From NCBI GenBank assembly GCA_965224245.1, contig OZ245046.1:1344001-1408000 (forward strand): a DNA stretch of 64,000 nt, in the 5' to 3' direction. The DNA comes from Candidatus Eiseniibacteriota bacterium (lineage in GTDB: Bacteria; Eisenbacteria; RBG-16-71-46; CAZAMP01). Shown here in pieces: positions 59,899-64,000 of the stretch; the first letter of the stretch is position 1; each line of letters opens with the position of its first letter. The translations under genes were made by a program, and so were the position numbers. The notes beneath the pieces were generated by a model that was given only the letters and a program-made list of their open reading frames with translations, ran no database searches and was not told the DNA's origin.

Positions 59899-61091
59899 GC
59901 GGGTCCGGGACGCCCCACGGCGGATACTTCGGAGAGTTCGGCGGTCGCTTCATTCCCGAGACGCTCAGTCACGCGCTCGACGAGCTCGCGCGCGTTTTCG
60001 ACGACGCACGCGCCGACGCGGCCTTCGACGCCGAGCTGAAGCGGCTGCTCACGGGCTACGTCGGACGGCCGACCCCCATCACCCATGCCCTCCGCCTCGG
60101 CGAGCGCCTCGGGCTCCGGAACGTGCTCCTCAAGCGCGAGGATCTCTGCCACTCGGGCGCGCACAAGATCAACAACACGATCGGTCAGGGTCTCTTGACC
60201 ACGCGCATGGGAAAGCCCCGGGTGATCGCGGAGACCGGCGCCGGCCAGCATGGCGTGGCCACCGCGACCGCGTGTGCGCTGTTCGGTCTCCGCTGCCGGA
60301 TCTACATGGGGACCGAGGACATGCGCCGCCAGCACCTGAACGTGGTCCGCATGCGACTCCTGGGCGCCGAGGTCGTCGGGGTCGACTCGGGCAGCCGCAC
60401 GCTCAAGGACGCGATCAACGAGGCGATGCGCGACTGGGTCACCAACGTCGAGGACACGCACTACATCCTGGGATCGGTCCTGGGGCCGCATCCGTTTCCC
60501 GAGATGGTGCGGCACTTCCAGAGCGTGATCGGCCGCGAAGCCAGGGCTCAGCTCGCGGTGGACCTCGGCGGCCTCCCCGACGTCGTGGTCGCGTGCGTGG
60601 GAGGCGGCTCGAACGCCATCGGGATCTTCCACGCGTTCCTGGACGACGCGTCGGTGCGCCTGGTCGGCGTCGAAGCCGGCGGCGAGGGCGTCGCATCCGG
60701 CCGGCACGCGGCGCGGATGGCCGAGCGGCGCGTCGGGGTGCTCCACGGTACGCGCACGTACGTGCTCCAGGATGATGCCGGTCAGATCCGTCAGACGCAC
60801 TCGGTCTCGGCGGGGCTCGACTATCCCGCGGTCGGTCCCGAGCACAGCTTCCTGGACGCGTCGGGCCGGGCCGAGTACGACTCGGTCACCGACGACGAGG
60901 CGATGGCGGCGTTCCGGCTCCTCTCGGAGACCGAGGGCATCCTGCCCGCGCTGGAGAGCGCGCACGCGATCGCCTGGCTCGTGCGCGCGGCGCCCGTCCT
61001 GGATCCGGACGCGGTCGTGCTCGTGAACCTCTCGGGGCGCGGCGACAAGGACGTGGCCGAGGTCGCGCGCATCCTGGGCGAGGACACCTAG
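59895..61091 (+). CDS. trpB: Tryptophan synthase beta chain (TrpB1 type)
   Basis: [43 protein letters not shown]. Confidence 0.96.
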   Translation: MSGSGTPHGGYFGEFGGRFIPETLSHALDELARVFDDARADAAFDAELKRLLTGYVGRPTPITHALRLGERLGLRNVLLKREDLCHSGAHKINNTIGQGLLTTRMGKPRVIAETGAGQHGVATATACALFGLRCRIYMGTEDMRRQHLNVVRMRLLGAEVVGVDSGSRTLKDAINEAMRDWVTNVEDTHYILGSVLGPHPFPEMVRHFQSVIGREARAQLAVDLGGLPDVVVACVGGGSNAIGIFHAFLDDASVRLVGVEAGGEGVASGRHAARMAERRVGVLHGTRTYVLQDDAGQIRQTHSVSAGLDYPAVGPEHSFLDASGRAEYDSVTDDEAMAAFRLLSETEGILPALESAHAIAWLVRAAPVLDPDAVVLVNLSGRGDKDVAEVARILGEDT

Positions 61092-61101
61092 CGGGACGCG
61101 A

Positions 61102-62040
61102 TCAGGAGTCCGGAAGCGCCGAGGGCATCGTGGCCAGGATGCGATAGCGGAGCCGGTCCGCCAGGTCGTGGGGACGGGACCACACGACGTGGTTGTACTG
61201 GCGCGTGTCGAAGTGACACCGCTCGACCTGATCCTCGCGGCAGCTCCAGATGACCGGGATGCCGTTCCCCAGCGCGAACCCCGCCTCGAAGTAGACGCCG
61301 GGGTTGTGGAGGGTCACGTCGGCCACCACGAGCGCGCTCCGCTCGATCTCCACGGTGATCCGATCGCAGATCTTCTCGTTGTACTCGCTCTGGTCCAGCC
61401 GGAGCGGCCGGTAGCCGGCGGCCTCGATGCCGGGCCGGAGTCCCTCGTCCCAGGCCGGGAACAGGTCGTCGGCGAACGCCATGGCCACGAATGCCTGCCG
61501 GGCGTCGGGTCGCCGCTTCTCGAGCGCGCCGACCTGGGCCCAGCCGTTCGCCGTGATCCGGTGACCGTACGCGGTGCGCTCGACGACTCCGCGCGTCTCC
61601 AGGCAATCGAGGTAATAGTCGCACTGGAGCTGGGAGTGCGCGTAGAAGATCGGGAGATCCTTGCCCCCGAACTTGATCTGACCACCGGGTTCGCACATCG
61701 ACGCGAAGGCCAGGAGCATGTCGTCGAGCCGCACGTTGATGCCGCGGGCGGCCACCTCCGCGAGCACGTCGCCGAGGCGGAAGGCATCGCGACCTCCGAG
61801 GCGCCGCTCGGCGCCGTCGGCGACGAGAATGGGCTCGGTCAGGCCCCGGGTCCCCCGGTGGCGGATCCAGGCGGACACGTTCGCGCGGTCGCCCTCGTCG
61901 AGCGCCGCCGCCTCCGCGAGCGCGGCCGCGGTTCCGGAGTAGGGCCCGCACGATTCGCAGCGCACGCCGATCGCGTCGCCGAGTGGCTCGCGGTCGGTCG
62001 GACGCTCGCAGAGCGGACACGATGGGGTCGGGTCGGTCAT
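61102..62040 (-). CDS. Zn-ribbon protein with a C-terminal nucleoside 2-deoxyribosyltransferase/TIR-like domain
   Basis: CPLC...CESCG at the N-terminus. AFVAMAF...VVADVT..NPGVYFEAGFALG...HFDTRQYNH at the C-terminus. GGAGG RBS. Confidence 0.7.
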   Translation of the reverse strand: MTDPTPSCPLCERPTDREPLGDAIGVRCESCGPYSGTAAALAEAAALDEGDRANVSAWIRHRGTRGLTEPILVADGAERRLGGRDAFRLGDVLAEVAARGINVRLDDMLLAFASMCEPGGQIKFGGKDLPIFYAHSQLQCDYYLDCLETRGVVERTAYGHRITANGWAQVGALEKRRPDARQAFVAMAFADDLFPAWDEGLRPGIEAAGYRPLRLDQSEYNEKICDRITVEIERSALVVADVTLHNPGVYFEAGFALGNGIPVIWSCREDQVERCHFDTRQYNHVVWSRPHDLADRLRYRILATMPSALPDS

Positions 62041-62181
62041 GTGCGCCTCCAGTGATCATCGATCCCTCGCGCGGGTCGGGACGATCGTGGCATGATCGCG
62101 CAGCGAGCGGGTGTCGTCCATCGCCCAGCGCACCGGACGGAAGTGGATCCACGACGACCATCAGTGAGGAAGGGCCCGAAC

Positions 62182-63003
62182 GTGGCGGAGGAGCCATACC
62201 TCTTCGGAACCGAGGATGCCGAGATCACGCGCCTTCGTGGCCAGCACCTCGCGTGGGTGAACGAGATGCGGGCGCTCGTGGGCCGCGCGCGATTCGGGAC
62301 CGGGGACACGCTGCTCGACATGGGGTCGGGGCCGGGGTTCACGACGATCGAGCTGGCCGCCGTGGTCGGCCCGACCGGACGGGTGATCGCGCGGGACGAG
62401 AGCGAGCGGTTCATCGATCTCGTCGGGCGCGAGTCGCGCCAGCGAGAGCTGACCTGGGTCGAGCCGAGCCTGGGCAAGATGGAGGCCCTGAGCCTGCCGC
62501 CCGAGAGCCTGGACGGCGCGTACTCGCGCTGGCTCCTGTCCTGGGTGCCCGACGCGGGCGCCATCGTCGAGCGGGTCGCGCGCTGCCTCCGGCCGGGGGG
62601 CGTGCTGGCGCTCCAGGAGTACCTGGACTGGCACGCGATGAAGATGATCCCCGAGAGCGAGCCCGTGGCCCGGGCGCTCGAGGCCTGCCGGTGGAGCTGG
62701 CCCGCGTCGGGAGCCACGATCGACATCGGGGAAGCGATCCCGGACCTCGCCGCCCGGGCCGGGCTGACCCTCGAGCACATGCGGCCGATCGCGCGCATGG
62801 GACGCCCCGGGTCGCCCGAGTGGGCGTGGATCGGGGGATTCCTCGAGATCTACCTGCCGAAGCTCGTGTCCAGGGGCCTCTACGAGGCCGAGGATCTGGC
62901 CGCGTTCACCCGGGAGTGGGCCGCGCGGACGGACGAGGCGCGGAGCTGGCTCCTGGCGCCGATCATGTGCGACGCGATTCTGCGGAAGCCGGAGCGGGGG
63001 TGA
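62182..63003 (+). CDS. Class I SAM-dependent methyltransferase
   Basis: LLDMGSGPGFTT, VGPTGRVIA, LRPGG. GAGGAAGG RBS. Confidence 0.8.
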   Translation: MAEEPYLFGTEDAEITRLRGQHLAWVNEMRALVGRARFGTGDTLLDMGSGPGFTTIELAAVVGPTGRVIARDESERFIDLVGRESRQRELTWVEPSLGKMEALSLPPESLDGAYSRWLLSWVPDAGAIVERVARCLRPGGVLALQEYLDWHAMKMIPESEPVARALEACRWSWPASGATIDIGEAIPDLAARAGLTLEHMRPIARMGRPGSPEWAWIGGFLEIYLPKLVSRGLYEAEDLAAFTREWAARTDEARSWLLAPIMCDAILRKPERG

Positions 63004-63068
63004 GGGGGTCTGCGGCCCACTCGCGGCACGCGAGGTCTGGACACTGGCGGGCCGGGCCGAGCGAATGC

Positions 63069-63081
63069 TGGTACGCCCTAC
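63069..63081 (-). mobile_element. Possible att site (duplicated tRNA 3' end GTAGGGCGTACCA)
   Basis: Acceptor-stem-plus-ACCA-like 13-mer about 28 bp from the integrase stop, at the point where GC content drops. Confidence 0.35.
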
Positions 63082-63108
63082 AGTTTCGTACGTCGCGGTG
63101 GTGACGTT

Positions 63109-63976
63109 CTAACTGTTTGATGAACCGGCGATTGCCCCATTCTGATCATGCATTCGCCAACCAACAGGCTGGTCAACCGGCTGGCTGATCCCGTCGCCTA
63201 GCTCCTTGTCCCATGCGCTCATCTGTTTCAATCGGACGCCGAGATAGCGCATGGTCGTTTCGATTTTCGCGTGATCGAGAATGGCCTGCACCAGGCGCAG
63301 GTTCTCGGTTCGTTCCCAGATCCTCGTGGCGCCGGTGCGCCGGAAGTCGTGGCATCGGACCCGGACTCCCGTCAGGCGTGACGCGACTGCGTTGTAACGC
63401 GTCCCGCTCGACAGGGTGAACACGGGGCCAATGTGCGTCGACAGGCGCTCGCGCAACACCGGACTCGCCGGAATGCGTCTCGGCTTTCCGTTCTTGGTGC
63501 GCCATACCACGAAGTGATTTCCTTCGAAGCATCGCGGGACCTCGACCGCTTGCAGCTCGCCGATGCGGATGCACGTTTCCAGCATGACGAGCGCCGGCAA
63601 CGACACCTCCGGTGGCGCCGCGAGGATTTTGTCAATCTCCTCCTGGGTGTAGATACGTGGGGGCTTCGCTTCAATCTTGGGCGTGATGGACTCCCCCGGC
63701 AAGGATCTCGTTGGATCTCACCGACCCGAAGGCACCACAGAAGCACGCCCCGCACGTCGGCCAGGATGTGCTTCTCAGTCTGCAGCCGAGATCGTGCGCC
63801 CGAAGAATGCGCTCGGGTGACCTTTGAGGTGACGCGCGAGCGCTGTGAAGTCGCAGGGCGTCCAGCGTGTGCACTTTGCGCAAGCCAAGAAGCGGCAACA
63901 CAAAACGCCTCAGTCGCGTCCAGGCTGTCCTTCGTGAAGCGCTCGGATCGTCGAACTCGGCTCCTGCCCCATGCAT
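63109..63976 (-). pseudogene. Tyrosine recombinase/integrase, frameshifted (catalytic domain 63109-63702 intact)
   Basis: Catalytic residues in CIRIGEL, TKNGK, HDFRR, LDHAK and TMRY. The upstream core-binding domain is split across three frames. Lower GC. Confidence 0.75.
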
Positions 63977-64000
63977 CGACTGCCCTCCTGCAACCGTACG

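Noticed and set aside
1-64000. CRISPR array, rRNA or IS transposase
   Set aside because: I saw no regularly spaced repeat-spacer units, rRNA-like tracts or transposase motifs.

Overview
This is a very GC-rich (roughly 70%) bacterial chromosomal segment, mostly core genes on the + strand. In order it carries pcnB, an M28 peptidase, rluB, dinB, a LonC-type protease, khpA, tRNA-Leu/tRNA-Ala, scpA-scpB-aroA-cmk-plsC-rpsA-miaB-lapA-lapB-SPOR-mutS, a methyltransferase-bshC-bshA (bacillithiol) cluster, an orphan membrane histidine kinase, ccmH, cca, an M23 peptidase, a long-chain prenyl synthase, rsfS, purM, tRNA-Val, infC-rpmI-rplT-pheST, zapB-zapA-6S RNA-rny-ymdB-folD-xseAB-prenyl synthase-nadK-recN, and trpEGDCFB (no trpA). 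It ends in accessory genes and a lower-GC, frameshifted tyrosine integrase beside a possible tRNA-derived att site. Diderm markers (LapA/LapB, six-domain S1) together with RNase Y, ScpAB and bacillithiol genes suggest an FCB-associated or similar uncultured lineage; this is inference only. The most interesting signals are: (1) an unannotated 20-aa peptide gene (MAALVDLILTILSLGGRAGW) with a strong RBS and 21-bp-periodic upstream direct repeats, behind a conserved hypothetical gene, as a candidate peptide-signalling module possibly read by the orphan kinase; (2) an intact but catalytically dead ArgRS-like paralog; (3) a possible N-methyl-bacillithiol operon; (4) a perfect 20-bp inverted repeat enclosing five GGA motifs; (5) an L20-leader attenuator and an ATA start for infC; (6) a Zn-ribbon/NDT-TIR-like candidate defence gene where trpA would be expected. 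All family calls come from motif recognition by eye; no database searches were run.
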